Notes under the pieces: model-generated | Databases searched by the model: none | What the model was told of the DNA's origin: nothing | The model's input: the letters and a program-made list of their open reading frames with translations, nothing else | Source of the DNA: Naegleria gruberi | Lineage: Eukaryota | Reading direction: 5' to 3' (one strand) | DNA: 64,000 bases | Assembly: GCA_000004985.1 (NCBI GenBank) | Contig: GG738928.1 | Program-made: the position numbers and the translations under genes | Part shown: positions 42,837 through 54,179 of the stretch, piece after piece | Numbering within the stretch: position 1 is the stretch's first letter | Layout: each line of letters opens with the position of its first letter

Positions 42837-44150
42837 ATGTACAACAATAATAATAATTCATCCTTCTACTCTTCGGGTACAGGATTTGTACCACCAACTC
42901 AGGGTTATTCCTATCAACAACCTCCTCCTATCAATACACAACCTCCTATCAATAATATGAATTCATCTTTTTCCAATCTTCCAAAAACATCCTATTATTC
43001 AGGTACAACAACAACAACAACAGCAGATCAAGCACAAAGAATTAGACAATTACAAGCTGATTCTATAATTAAAAGATTTCATAATGCTAAAATTGTTTCT
43101 ACATTAGATAATAATGTACTTGATGTTCCTATTACATTAAAGAATGGACAACAAATTACTTTCCGTGTTTTAATGCAACAAGCCTTCCCACAACAACCAC
43201 CTCTAATTACTACTCTCTGTACAATTAAACATGCAAATGTTGATTTAAGTGGTTACGTTGTTCATCCACAATTAAGACAATGGACTCAACAATCAAGTCT
43301 TGGAGATGTTTTGACAATAGTTTTTAGAGATTTTATCAACACTCCTCCAAACTATATTTCTGATGAATTACCAAAGAATCATATCACAAAAACAACAGCA
43401 AATATTGGTATGATTACTCCTCCAATCGGATCTACTCCTCCTCCTGGTTTAAATCAAACATCTCCATTGATGTTTAATCAACCTCCAATTAATCAACCTC
43501 CAATGACAAGTTCAACTTATCCTCCAAATAATACAATTCCATCCATGACAAATCCAATGACTAATTCAATGACAAGTACTGTCCCAACAAATACTCAACC
43601 AACTTTCCAAGATTCCTCTTGTATGATTCCTTTACCAAATATTCCAACAAACTTTTCTGAAATTTCTTTACTTGAAGGAGTTGATGCCGTTCAAAAATTA
43701 CTTGATAGTGAAGAATTATTCAAGCAGTTTATTGAAAACTTATCATTTACAAGAGAAGCAAAGAATATTTATCAAGATTTGAGAAATGCCAATATGGATA
43801 TTGCCAAGAGAAGTGTAGAAAAAGATGAACAAATCAATAACACTCTCAAAGAACAAATTACTCAAAAAAAGGCAGAAGTTGACAGACTTTTGGATCAAGT
43901 TCAATTTTTACAAAATAAGCAACAACAACTTTCTCAAAGATATGCACCAACTCAATTATTAATTATGTTAAATGAAAAGATTGATGAAGTTGACAATGAA
44001 AGTGAACAAGTAGGAGATTTGTTCCTTGATAGTCCAACAGCTGAACCACATCAAGTGAAAGAATTTATTGACAAGTATTTGGAAAAGAGAACACTTTATT
44101 ACTTGAGAAGACAAAAACGTGATCGTTTCAAGGATACCTATATTAAATAA
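42837..44150 (+). CDS. VPS37: ESCRT-I subunit VPS37 (Mod(r) domain) with P/Q/N-rich, possibly UEV-like N-terminal region
   Basis: C-terminal Mod(r) pattern: LLDSEELFKQFIENLSF...NANMDIAKRSVEKDEQI...RYAPTQLLIMLNEKIDEVDNESEQVGDLFLDS...VKEFIDKYLEKRTLYYLRRQKRDRF. The track start at 42816 is TTG. The ATG is at 42837. Confidence 0.75.
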   Translation: MYNNNNNSSFYSSGTGFVPPTQGYSYQQPPPINTQPPINNMNSSFSNLPKTSYYSGTTTTTTADQAQRIRQLQADSIIKRFHNAKIVSTLDNNVLDVPITLKNGQQITFRVLMQQAFPQQPPLITTLCTIKHANVDLSGYVVHPQLRQWTQQSSLGDVLTIVFRDFINTPPNYISDELPKNHITKTTANIGMITPPIGSTPPPGLNQTSPLMFNQPPINQPPMTSSTYPPNNTIPSMTNPMTNSMTSTVPTNTQPTFQDSSCMIPLPNIPTNFSEISLLEGVDAVQKLLDSEELFKQFIENLSFTREAKNIYQDLRNANMDIAKRSVEKDEQINNTLKEQITQKKAEVDRLLDQVQFLQNKQQQLSQRYAPTQLLIMLNEKIDEVDNESEQVGDLFLDSPTAEPHQVKEFIDKYLEKRTLYYLRRQKRDRFKDTYIK

Positions 44151-44337
44151 ATTCTAATTTGTATTATTAAATTATTTCAATATTTAAATTTTAAATATTT
44201 TCACAATTTTGATTTTTAACACATCAAATTTGACAGGTGTTGGTTGGCTTTAAATAATACAGGACTAATAATTTATTAATAGGAGGGAAGATAGATTATC
44301 TTTTACAATTGTACAAGATGGAGATTGGGAAATTAAA

Positions 44338-45489
44338 TTAAAGAGTGAATCCAAGATTCTTTTGAATGTCAGCAACATTCCAGAACAAAACTTTGCCGTC
44401 CAAACCAGCGGTAACAAACTTGCTAACCTTACCACCTTCAACCTTGAAAGCTTCAATACAGTTAATAACATTGTGGTGACGAGTTTGTGGAGCATCGCTC
44501 TTTTCAGCATTTTGAGAACCAACAGTTGAAGTAGCTTGGAATTTTAAGAAAGCACTTCTGACACCAACACCTTGAGCCGCACCAGTCTTCTTCATTTCAT
44601 CACAAGATCCCTTCAAAACCCACTTGTTTCCTTCCAAAGCAAAAGCATATGGAGCAAAATCATAACCAGCAGCAACAAAGACCTTGTCGGAAAGGAACAA
44701 ACCACAATAGAATGGTAACTTTTCATGACGAACAACTTGAGATTCAATTGGTTGAGCATCAGCAACAGATTGATCTTGTGAAGCATAATCAACAAATTGA
44801 ACAGTAGAATCGTGTCCAATGAAAGCTAACCATTTACCATTTGGTGAGAATTGAACAGAGTGAACCCATCCCTTTGATGTATATTCAACAAAGACATCAC
44901 CAAACTTTAACTTGTTATCGGCACTTCTCTTACCGTCCACTTCCTTGAGGTATGTATTAAAAGTACGAGCTTTCATGTCACTACTACCAGTAGCTAATGT
45001 GTTAATAGTTGGATGCCAAGCAACAGATTTGATGGTTGATTTGTGTTTCTTAATCATCTTTGAAATGTACCACTTGTTTTCAGCTTCATAGAAACAAACA
45101 GCAATCATCTTGGAAGCACTACCAACAGCAAACTTTTCTTCGTTTGGAGACCACTTACAACAAGTAGCTGCTTTAGTAAGACGAAGTAAAACAAGTGTTG
45201 GATTCCATTTCTTTTCCTTTTCATTATATTCCCATACGTAGGCATTACGATCTTGAGCACAAGATAAAATCTTGTTAGATTTTGGTGCCCAATCAATACC
45301 AGTTACATAGTGGTCATGATCAGTCAATGTATGTTCTCTTTCCCACTTTTCGAAATCTTCACTACCATTAGTCTTATAGATGTGAATTTCACTGTTTCCT
45401 GGCGAGACAGCAACTCTTGATTTATCACCATTCCAAGCCATACAGCTGATAGCTTGAGCGAGGACTTTTTGGGTGTTGAGCAAGGACAT
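44338..45489 (-). CDS. ARPC1: Arp2/3 complex subunit 1 (p41-ARC, WD40)
   Basis: AISCMAWNGDKSRVAVSPGNSEIHIY...HDHYVTGIDWAPKSNKILSCAQDRNAYVWEY...WNPTLVLLRLTKAATCCKWSPNEEKFAVGSASKMIAVCFYEAENKWY...HKSTIKSVAWHPTINTLATGSSDMKARTFNTYLKEVD is colinear with ARPC1A/B as I remember them. Single exon, with expression-type codon bias. Confidence 0.92.
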   Translation of the reverse strand: MSLLNTQKVLAQAISCMAWNGDKSRVAVSPGNSEIHIYKTNGSEDFEKWEREHTLTDHDHYVTGIDWAPKSNKILSCAQDRNAYVWEYNEKEKKWNPTLVLLRLTKAATCCKWSPNEEKFAVGSASKMIAVCFYEAENKWYISKMIKKHKSTIKSVAWHPTINTLATGSSDMKARTFNTYLKEVDGKRSADNKLKFGDVFVEYTSKGWVHSVQFSPNGKWLAFIGHDSTVQFVDYASQDQSVADAQPIESQVVRHEKLPFYCGLFLSDKVFVAAGYDFAPYAFALEGNKWVLKGSCDEMKKTGAAQGVGVRSAFLKFQATSTVGSQNAEKSDAPQTRHHNVINCIEAFKVEGGKVSKFVTAGLDGKVLFWNVADIQKNLGFTL

Positions 45490-45730
45490 TTTTTTTTTTT
45501 AATAAATTATTAAATTATTTAAATTTTTAATCGATGTGATGATGGCTTGATTTTTTCAAAGGCTTTAAAGTTTTGCAAAGAAGGCTTGTGTGATGACGCT
45601 CTGCTTTGCCGATCTAATCAGTGAAATCAATGATTGGAATTTTTTTTGAAAAGTGAATCGTGACGACTTGTTGATTGCTGATGGTAGTAGGATTGATATT
45701 AACAAAATAATGATTCAAATCAGTTTTTTA

Positions 45731-46195
45731 CAGGGTTCTCCACATTCATTTACATTGTGAATGTCAAACAAGAATAGATACGACAATCGACAAACATGAA
45801 AATAATAAATGTGAAACGACTAACCGTTACGAATAAAATTTAAAAAAAACATCATGATGATGTTTATTGTTTGCAACATAACAACACCCTTCCACATTAT
45901 TTTCACATAAACAACCATTAAACCTGATAATGTTTCAAACAATAACATTACAACCTCAAGCTTCCGAAGATATTCAGTATTGGCTGCCAAGACTTACGCT
46001 TGTTTCTATTTGATATCCAAAGCGCAGGTGACAATGTAAACCGATGTGAAAACACACCAATTTAATTAACACTACCGAAACTAATAAATTTAACCCAAAT
46101 TAAGAGTGACAATATGAATGAATCTTTTCTATGTCAATGATGAAAAAAGAAGTTTATTTTATTTCCATTTTCGAATTTCACGTGGAGAACCNCTG
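45731..46195. mobile_element. Non-autonomous hAT-like MITE (465 bp) with CAGGGTTCTCCAC terminal inverted repeats and 8-bp target-site duplication
   Basis: The left end is CAGGGTTCTCCAC at 45731. The right end is GTGGAGAACCNCTG, ending at 46195 (reverse complement CAGNGGTTCTCCAC). Both ends are flanked by GTTTTTTA (45723..45730 and 46196..46203). There is no long ORF inside. An 8-bp TSD and CAG-initiated TIRs are hAT-superfamily hallmarks. Confidence 0.7.
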
Positions 46196-46395
46196 GTTTT
46201 TTAAAAGATGGGGATACAATACAGATGGATCGGTGGCGGTTCTGATTATCAGATCTTAATATTTGTTGTTAACTATTTAGAAACTTTCATCAAATTCTGG
46301 TTAGAATTATAAAGTTCCATGTTCCGAAAACTATTTCTAAGGATTAATTCATCAAACAAGAGTTTCCGATACTTTTATCATTGATTCCAATTATT

Positions 46396-48711
46396 ATGGA
46401 CAAAAGTTTATTCATCTCTTTCATTGAATGTCGATGGACGAAACTAAGGTCAATTCTTGTCTCTACAACCTTTCCAAAAAACAATAGTTATGGAAATATA
46501 GAATTTTCAAAGATGCAAAAAATGCTCACACCTTCTCATTCACTATCACTTCTCCATTTGATGCTCACTAGTTGGTTTCTAACAATCTTGTTATTCTATA
46601 CGAAACCTATCGTCTCATTATCCTCCTCTTCTTCTTCATCTTTTATTCAATACATTTCCAGCAACAAAATTAATGAATTAAATTCCTCTACCATTATTAT
46701 CGGAGCAAATAATTTCATCAATTTATATCTATGGAAAGATTTAGAAATTTATTCGATAGGTCAATTACTTAATTCCACTAATTCTCAGAAAGAATTAAAC
46801 TTTTTTTCATATGACACGAATGGAATTTCAGAAAATGATATGATTAGAATGATTCGAATACTTCAATCTAATAATTTTGCACTCATTCCATCCAAATGGA
46901 AGTTTAAACAAGTTGTCATGCAGAAAAACACCGAATGTCTCTATGGAAGTTTATTCGAAAGGTTTGATATTCTAATTGGGACTGCTGATGAGTTTGCTGA
47001 GAGAGTGAGATTGAGTAGAGGTCATCAACAGAGGAGAAAGAAATCTTTCGAATATTTAAATCCTAATGATTTTTATATCATTCCACTTTTTCCTAGAAAT
47101 TTCTATATTGTTACAATGGAAAATTACAATCATTTGAATTTATTCGAAAGTGAATTTTACAATTATTTCATTTCGAATAGTAGATACAATCAAACAAATT
47201 GTCTAGAAAGTATCAAACATGATTCGTCCATTATCGAACATTTACATGGAATTCTCTATTTCACATCTTTACAAATTGACTGGAGTTTACAATATTTCAA
47301 TATTTCACACATTCCTTACAATAATTCAATAATTTCCAACTTTATATTTTCAAATCTCTTTGAAAGTAATGACTATATTTGGAATTATTCCAAAGTTTCA
47401 CAACACTTGTGGGAATCCACTTGTTATCATTGCACAACCACTTCATGTGTGGCTGAGAATTGGACATGGGGTGATTCATTGGATTTGACAGTTGTGTGTA
47501 GCGGAGTTTTATTCTATGCAATTCTATTAATTTCTGGAGCTTTTAAATCTCCGGTTGTGTATAGAAAATATGGAATTATATTTTTGTCACCATTTCTAAA
47601 TATGGGATTATTTACAGCCTTGTTGAATGCATTTAATAATTCATGTATTTCTCTGGGAACTATATTTTCAAATTATGCTGCTTGTTTGATGAATATTATT
47701 TATATTTGTACTGTTTTGAGATATTTCTATTTAAGGAATTTATATAATTTTGTTAAGAGTTCAAAATATCCATCTTTGTACAAATATTTGGCTGGTGAAA
47801 TGTTTGGATTCTTCTTTACAATTATCATTCCAATGATTTTTACTTTAATATTTCCAATTACTATAATTGTACTTGTTGGCGATTACAATGCTGATTTATT
47901 TAATTTGGCAAATAATTTAATAATTGCAATTTTGGCAGCTGTTTCATGCATTGCTGGATTTTCAACTTTAATTTTTGATGCTATTAAGAATAGAAAGATA
48001 ATTTCCAAATTTGGATTTTCAAGATTTTTCATATTTGAAGATCCTTACTTTTTTAGAATTGACTTGTTATCACTTCCAATAATTTTCTTATTACTTGTTT
48101 TATTGGCAATTATTTTCATGATTGCACCAATTTATGTTCTAATTGTCAGATTCCTAATTGGGATGACATTATATCTCTTATTTGGAACAAGTTTAGTAAT
48201 GTTAATTGTTGAACAGTTGAAATTTAAAACATTTAGAATTAAATCAGCAAATGATGAAGTTATTGACAAGAATCAACAAGAAGATATTACTAAGGAATAT
48301 ATTGAAATGATTAAGGAAAATAAGAATGAAGATTTGTGTCAACTTTTTAAATTATACTGTCAAAAGTCATTGGCATTGGAAAATTTAATGTTGATGGATG
48401 TATTGATTGAAAAAAAGAGAAAATCAACAAGTATTTCAGTAGAGGATATGAAACATATTAAGGAAGAATTTTTAATTTCCTATTCTGCGTATGAAGTTAA
48501 CATTTCCTCACAAGTGAGACAAAATTTCGAACAAAACTTGCAAGATGCTTTATCGAAGAATGAAGCAAAGGTCAACAATGAAATTCTCACAGATTTAATG
48601 GTGGAAATTGAGACAAATATCAAGTCAACATTTATGCGTTTTGCCAAGACAAGTGAATTTTTGGAATGGCAAGAAATTTACTCTTTACAAAAAGAAAGAG
48701 CAGTTTTGTAA
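46396..48711 (+). CDS. 7TM receptor-like protein with C-terminal RGS domain (second 7TM-RGS in window)
   Basis: The track start is TTG. Candidate ATGs are at 46396 and 46513; the latter gives a signal-anchor MQKMLTPSHSLSLLHLMLTSWFLTILLFY. A ~330-aa Cys-containing ectodomain is followed by 7 hydrophobic helices (VVCSGVLFYAILLISGAF ... FLIGMTLYLLFGTSLVMLIV). RGS-like tail: LCQLFKLYCQKSLALENLMLMDVLIEKK...EEFLISYSAYEVNISSQVRQNF...TFMRFAKTSEFLEW. Confidence 0.8.
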   Translation: MDKSLFISFIECRWTKLRSILVSTTFPKNNSYGNIEFSKMQKMLTPSHSLSLLHLMLTSWFLTILLFYTKPIVSLSSSSSSSFIQYISSNKINELNSSTIIIGANNFINLYLWKDLEIYSIGQLLNSTNSQKELNFFSYDTNGISENDMIRMIRILQSNNFALIPSKWKFKQVVMQKNTECLYGSLFERFDILIGTADEFAERVRLSRGHQQRRKKSFEYLNPNDFYIIPLFPRNFYIVTMENYNHLNLFESEFYNYFISNSRYNQTNCLESIKHDSSIIEHLHGILYFTSLQIDWSLQYFNISHIPYNNSIISNFIFSNLFESNDYIWNYSKVSQHLWESTCYHCTTTSCVAENWTWGDSLDLTVVCSGVLFYAILLISGAFKSPVVYRKYGIIFLSPFLNMGLFTALLNAFNNSCISLGTIFSNYAACLMNIIYICTVLRYFYLRNLYNFVKSSKYPSLYKYLAGEMFGFFFTIIIPMIFTLIFPITIIVLVGDYNADLFNLANNLIIAILAAVSCIAGFSTLIFDAIKNRKIISKFGFSRFFIFEDPYFFRIDLLSLPIIFLLLVLLAIIFMIAPIYVLIVRFLIGMTLYLLFGTSLVMLIVEQLKFKTFRIKSANDEVIDKNQQEDITKEYIEMIKENKNEDLCQLFKLYCQKSLALENLMLMDVLIEKKRKSTSISVEDMKHIKEEFLISYSAYEVNISSQVRQNFEQNLQDALSKNEAKVNNEILTDLMVEIETNIKSTFMRFAKTSEFLEWQEIYSLQKERAVL

Positions 48712-48787
48712 ATTTCCATTTCAATTTCCATCAAATTCTTTCACTAGCTTACAATAAATTTCCATTTCAAGTTCATCATAGATTTTA

Positions 48788-50435
48788 TTAGCAAGTAAAA
48801 TAGGAAAAGTTTGGAACTTCCCACAATCCAATAAAATTCTCTTCAAATACTTCTGCTTCCTCTTCATCATCGCTTGAATCATCATCATCACTCATTGCAT
48901 CATTTGAGTACATTCTCTTGTACTTTCGTTCTCCAGTGGAAAATGCAATATAAGGAAGATAGGGATGAAGATTAACAGAATTCACCACCAATTGATTCAT
49001 TGAGGAAGTAGCAGCGAGTTCTACAACTTCTGAACCACTTTTCACCATGTCAAATACTTTAATTTTACCGTCACATGTACCAGCACATGTGAATTGTGTG
49101 AAAATGTCAGTGTCAAAATTAATTTTCTGATTCGTGTTGAAATTCCTTGAAAAATCAAAAATTTTGATTGGTTCGAATAAATTTCTCAAATCCCAACAAA
49201 CAATTTTATCACTCTTTCTAGACGAAACTAGTAAATAATTTCCATCTGATGAAAATTTAACACAATTCACACCAGTTCCATATTCACATTCAATCACATG
49301 TTGAACTGAATCAAGATTTTGATCATAAACTCCAATTGTGTTATTGTAACATCCAGCAACATATATATTTTCCTCAATTGGATTAAAATCAAAACAGGAA
49401 ATAAAACCAGTTTGTCCAAATCTTTTTGTTTTCTTTTTTGATCCACTTCCACGAATTGACTGTTTTTCCATGGTGTGAATTTCTGAATATTCTGATGAAC
49501 TACCAACTTGTGCATCAAATACACAAATTCTCTGATCCAATCCACAATATATTCTAATTATTATTATTATCATTAAAATTCATTAAATTCATTGAATTTT
49601 CAAATAATTTTCCTTAATATTCATCATTCAAAATATTGAAATAAAACTTACTTGTTACCTTGTGATAATTTTCCATTAAAAGAAACTGATATAATATTAT
49701 CAGTTTCTCCCATTTTATCTCTAACCATGAATGAATTTAATAAATTTCCATTAAAAGCATCCCACATATGAACAGGTTGTTTTGAACTCACTGTCAGAAA
49801 ATTACAAAAACTCAAAGAAGAGGAAGACATTAATGGATTCCAACAAAAATCATTAATACATCCACCTTCTTTCACTGATAGACATGGACTCCATTCAATA
49901 TGTGAAAAATTGGCATTTTCACTGAAATTTCTTCCAAGAATTTCTTGTGGTCTTTCAATGATTAATTTCACACATTCGAGTTGACTTACAATTCAAATAA
50001 TCTTACAATATTATCATTACTATTACTTAATAGACATAATCCATCAGGTGACCATTTAATTCCTTTCGTATAAATTGGAATTTCATCTTTGGAAAATCCA
50101 AATTCTCCCTTTTTAGATTTTAACACAACATTTCCTTGATTTTCCAAAGATTTATCAAAATTTAATTTTAAATATGAAATTAATGATGAATTTGTTACTA
50201 CTTCTTCTTTGAGAATTACTTGTTCATTGTCATCATGATGCTGATGATTAATTATTGCTTGTTCAATTTGTTCTTCTTCTTCATGATGATCGGAAGTAAT
50301 ATTCATCATCATCATTATTGGTTGTTGTTGATTTAATTCTTCCGAAATTTTCGAATCTTTTGAATCTTTTTCTGTGGCTTGCATTTCTGCAGTGATGGTG
50401 TTGATAGTTGTGGTTGTGGTTGTATCTTCCATCAT
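48788..50435 (-). CDS. WRAP53: WD40 protein, WRAP53/TCAB1 (telomerase Cajal body protein 1) homolog; exons 49990..50435, 49652..49951 (alternative acceptor gives 49930), 48788..49553
   Basis: Colinear with WRAP53 as I remember it: GIKWSPDGLCLLSNSNDNIVRLFEL; KQPVHMWDAFNGNLLNSFMVRDKMGE; SVSFNGKLSQGNK/IYCGLDQRICVFD; QTGFISCFDFNP; DKIVCWDLRN; TNQKINFDTDIFTQFTCAGTCDGKIKVFD. Donors are GTAAGT at 49989 and 49651, and the junctions are in frame. ATG at 50433-50435 (MMEDTTTT; the track start is TTG). The C-terminus is acidic. Confidence 0.8.
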
Positions 50436-50684
50436 AAAGTCAAAATGCAATCTTTCAATATATTGTACGTTGAAGAGACAATTTTTTTTTAAATTCAAAC
50501 AATTTTTGACCTTTTTCAATTATTATAAAAAATCAATTGAATAAGTGACTTGCTAAATTTGGGTTAAAATTACAATTTATACACTTTAAAATTCATCACC
50601 ATCATTAAGGTACTAAAATAATATTCAAAAATTTAATTCTTCTTCAATCAATTCGAAATATCAAAAAAGCCTAAAACAAAAAAA

Positions 50685-53600
50685 ATGTTCAAAGGTACAC
50701 CTTCAACAAAGGAACAACAACAACAATTGGAAGAATCAGCTGCCAACAAACGTAAACGGTCATCCTTTGATGATGATTCCGATTCTGATTCATCATCTTC
50801 GGATGAAGAAACTTTTGCATCATCATCATTAGCCTTTAATAATCATAATAATTTAATGAATGATGAACAAGTTAATGAACAATCAAAAGCCTCCTCTTCA
50901 TCAATTATTGATAATGATCAGAAAGAAGATGAAGAGAATACAATGAAATTATCGGAATTTAAAAAGACACTTCTCTCTAAATTATCTAAACAATATACAA
51001 CAATTATTACACAGAATGAATTGGATATTCTTGAACAACAACTTCTTTCTAATCCATTTGCATTTTCATCATCAGAATGGGATGAATTAATTGGTCAATA
51101 TCAATATAGATCCTACATTGGACAATTTAATCATCAAATTGATAAAAGAAATACTGATTTACCATCACAATATTCAGTTTTATTAAATAATCAATATATT
51201 AATGTGAATGCATTGGAAAAAACAAGACATTTGAGATGGAAACGATCAGAATTTTTGAAATTAGGAGAAGAATCATGGTTAGATTGGATTAGAGAGGAGG
51301 AATTACATTTTATGGAAGGAAAATACTCAGATCATCAACAACGAGATGTTATTAAATGTATATATGAAAGAGCACTTTTATGGGAAAATTATTCTTGTAA
51401 GTTGTTATATAGTAATTAATTGTTTGATATTTATTCCATTGTTGATTATTCATGTTCTATTAAATAGACAAGACATTAAGAGCTAATTATTGTAAATTCA
51501 TGTTAAAATATTATGAAAGTAATAGTAGTATTATTGATGATAGTTTCAATCTGGTATTTAATTTAGTGGGATATGATGAGGAAATTTGTAATTTATATTT
51601 GAAATATTTAAAGCAATATGAAAAAAATCATTCCAAAATTAGAAATATCTATGCAAACTTGTTAAAACATCCAAATCATCAATCTGTTTTCACAATTTGG
51701 AAGGAATATAATCAATGGGAAAAGAATCCATCAGATGATGAAATGAAAGCCAGATATATTCACGCACTCAAACAAGTTGAAGAGAGAATTTCACTTCAAA
51801 AACAAACACAAGATGAATCTTCATATTTGGAACAAATTAATTTTGAAATGAAAAAGTACAATAATTGTAAAGAATTACTAAAATCAAAGGAATTTAATGA
51901 AATGTCTTTGGAGGATTTGAATGAAATTGGTTCTATTTTAAAGGAGAGAATTACATTACTTTTAAAGAAAGTAGCAAGTGAGAGTAATAATTCTGAAACT
52001 CTATGGAATATGCTATTGAACTTTTTAATAAGTGAAAAGGATGAATTTATTTCAACTAATAATGAAACATTGTCCTCTTCAAATGGAATATTCAATACTA
52101 TTAAGACTTTACATGAAATAATCAAGACAAATTTCAAGTACTTGGATAATAGTCATCTTTCAATTTACTTGCAAAATATTGAACAAGTGGATGATAATTT
52201 ATTGAACGCTCTTCATCTTCACATGACTTGTTGGGTTGCCTTTAAGAATCTTTCATGGAATTCTGAAATGCACAAGTACTTGATACTAAGTTTGGAGATT
52301 TTACATGAATTATCTTCCAGCAAGTTGGAATATTCTTCAAGTTATTTGAAACTTATCAATGATATCATGTTTAACAAATCAATGCATGCTCTCAATTCAT
52401 TTGCCAATGATTTGACATTTAATGATTACTATCAAGTATTCTCAACCTTCTGTTCATGTCTTACTAGACTCAATAGAAAGCTATACTTCAATATCAGTAC
52501 CAGATCGGAACCAAATGAAAATTTAAATTCTGCACTGGTAGAAGTATCACAAGCAGCTGATCAATCATTCCAAACATTCTCCGATTACTTGGATCAATAC
52601 TTTAAAATGGACACATCTCGTGTGCATTATTTTGAACTTCAATATGCTGAATTTTTATTGGAGAATGGACAATCTCAGAGAGCTTTAGAATTCTTTGAAA
52701 ATGTTCTAATGAATAATGAAATATTCAAGAAGGAACTTAGAGCATGGCAAGATTTTATTCAATTCATGGAGAAAATTAATTGGTTTGAAATTAATAATGA
52801 AAATCCACTCGAAACTAAACATGAGAAGATATCAGCTACCTACGATCTTGGAATTCGTTCAATGGATAATCCAAGCACTAAACAAATTCTTGCCAAATTG
52901 TGGTTGTACTATGAAAAGGTCAATTCCAATTCTGTACATTCCATTATTAAGGCTGAAAATATTTTGAAACAATTTAAAGATTCACAAAAGAAAAAGATGA
53001 AGGAAAAATCCAACACTAAGGAAAAGTCAAATATTAAGGAAAAATCCATCATCAAGGAAAAATCAAATGATGATAAGGGAAAGACTGAAAAGAAACCAAA
53101 GGAAGAAAAGAAAACAAAGGTAAAAGAAGATAGACCAAAGAAGAAGGTTAAATTCGCTACTACTGAAGAAGAATTAGTGGAACAAGTACCAAGTGAAAAT
53201 ACCAACATTATCAGCAGTGAAATCTCAAATGTTGAACAACAATTGGATCATGATGTTGAAATGAAAGAATTGGAAAATATCAAATCATCAACAGAAAAAA
53301 CAATGGAAACAAAATCAACAAGTAATGAAACAAATCAACCACAAACAGAACCACCAAAGAAAATCAAGAAGGAATCATCTGATGAAAAGCCTTGTTTAAA
53401 TGTTGTTGTTTGGAATTTACCATTCAGTATGAAAGAACAAGATATACGTGAGCTATTCCAACAACATTCAATTCAAGCAAAGAGAATAACTCTCATCACT
53501 CGTGAGAATGGATCCTCTAAGGGAATGGCATTTGTTGAATTGGAAAGTCATGAAATTATTCAACAAGCCATTGAAAAACTTAATAATTATGGAATTGATA

Positions 53601-53956
53601 AAGAAGGAAATTTACTTAAAGTAGCTCAAGCAGAAACAGCCAAAATGAAAAAATTATTGAAAAAGCAAAAAGATATTACTAATAAGAAGTTTGTACACAA
53701 TTCAACTCCTAAATTACATATTAAGGAATCAGATACAAGACAAAAGAAGCCAAACATGTTTAAACCAAGATCAGTTCCAAAGAGAAATGAAACAATTTCA
53801 TCATCATCATCATCAAGTGGTAATAATAATCAACAAACAGCAAGTGGCAGTGGCAGTGATTCAGTAGTTACTAATAACACTGAAAATCAATCACAACCAT
53901 CAGCTGCTGCAGTGGGTGGTTTGAGTAATGATGATTTTAAAAAGTTTTTAAGATAA
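50685..53956 (+). CDS. SART3: SART3/Prp24-like U4/U6 snRNP recycling factor (HAT repeats + RRM + C-terminal LSm-binding motif); exons 50685..51396 and 51468..53956, intron 51397..51467
   Basis: HAT/TPR-like repeats: WLDWIREEE...IYERALLWENYS/YKTLRANYCKFMLKYYE, LWNMLLNFL, AWQDFIQFME, LWLYYEKV. RRM: LNVVVWNLPFSMKEQDIRELF...SKGMAFVELESHEIIQQAIEKLN. The extreme C-terminus GLSNDDFKKFLR resembles the SART3/Prp24 LSm-interaction motif. The GTAAGT..AAATAG intron has a phase-1 junction in frame. Confidence 0.8.
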
Positions 53957-54179
53957 ACAAGTACTCATTCTTGATCAGTCTATTCTTTAAGCAAATGTTG
54001 TTGTACTTAAATACGAATATTTCCGTAGCCTCGGAAACATTACAAAAAAAAAATAGTCGCACATCATACCCACATTTACTGTACATCATGATGTACATCA
54101 TGAATACACACTTATAATAGTTTCAAGAAGAATAAATGTTGAATGACATTATGAAGGTGATGTTGATCATACTAAAAAA

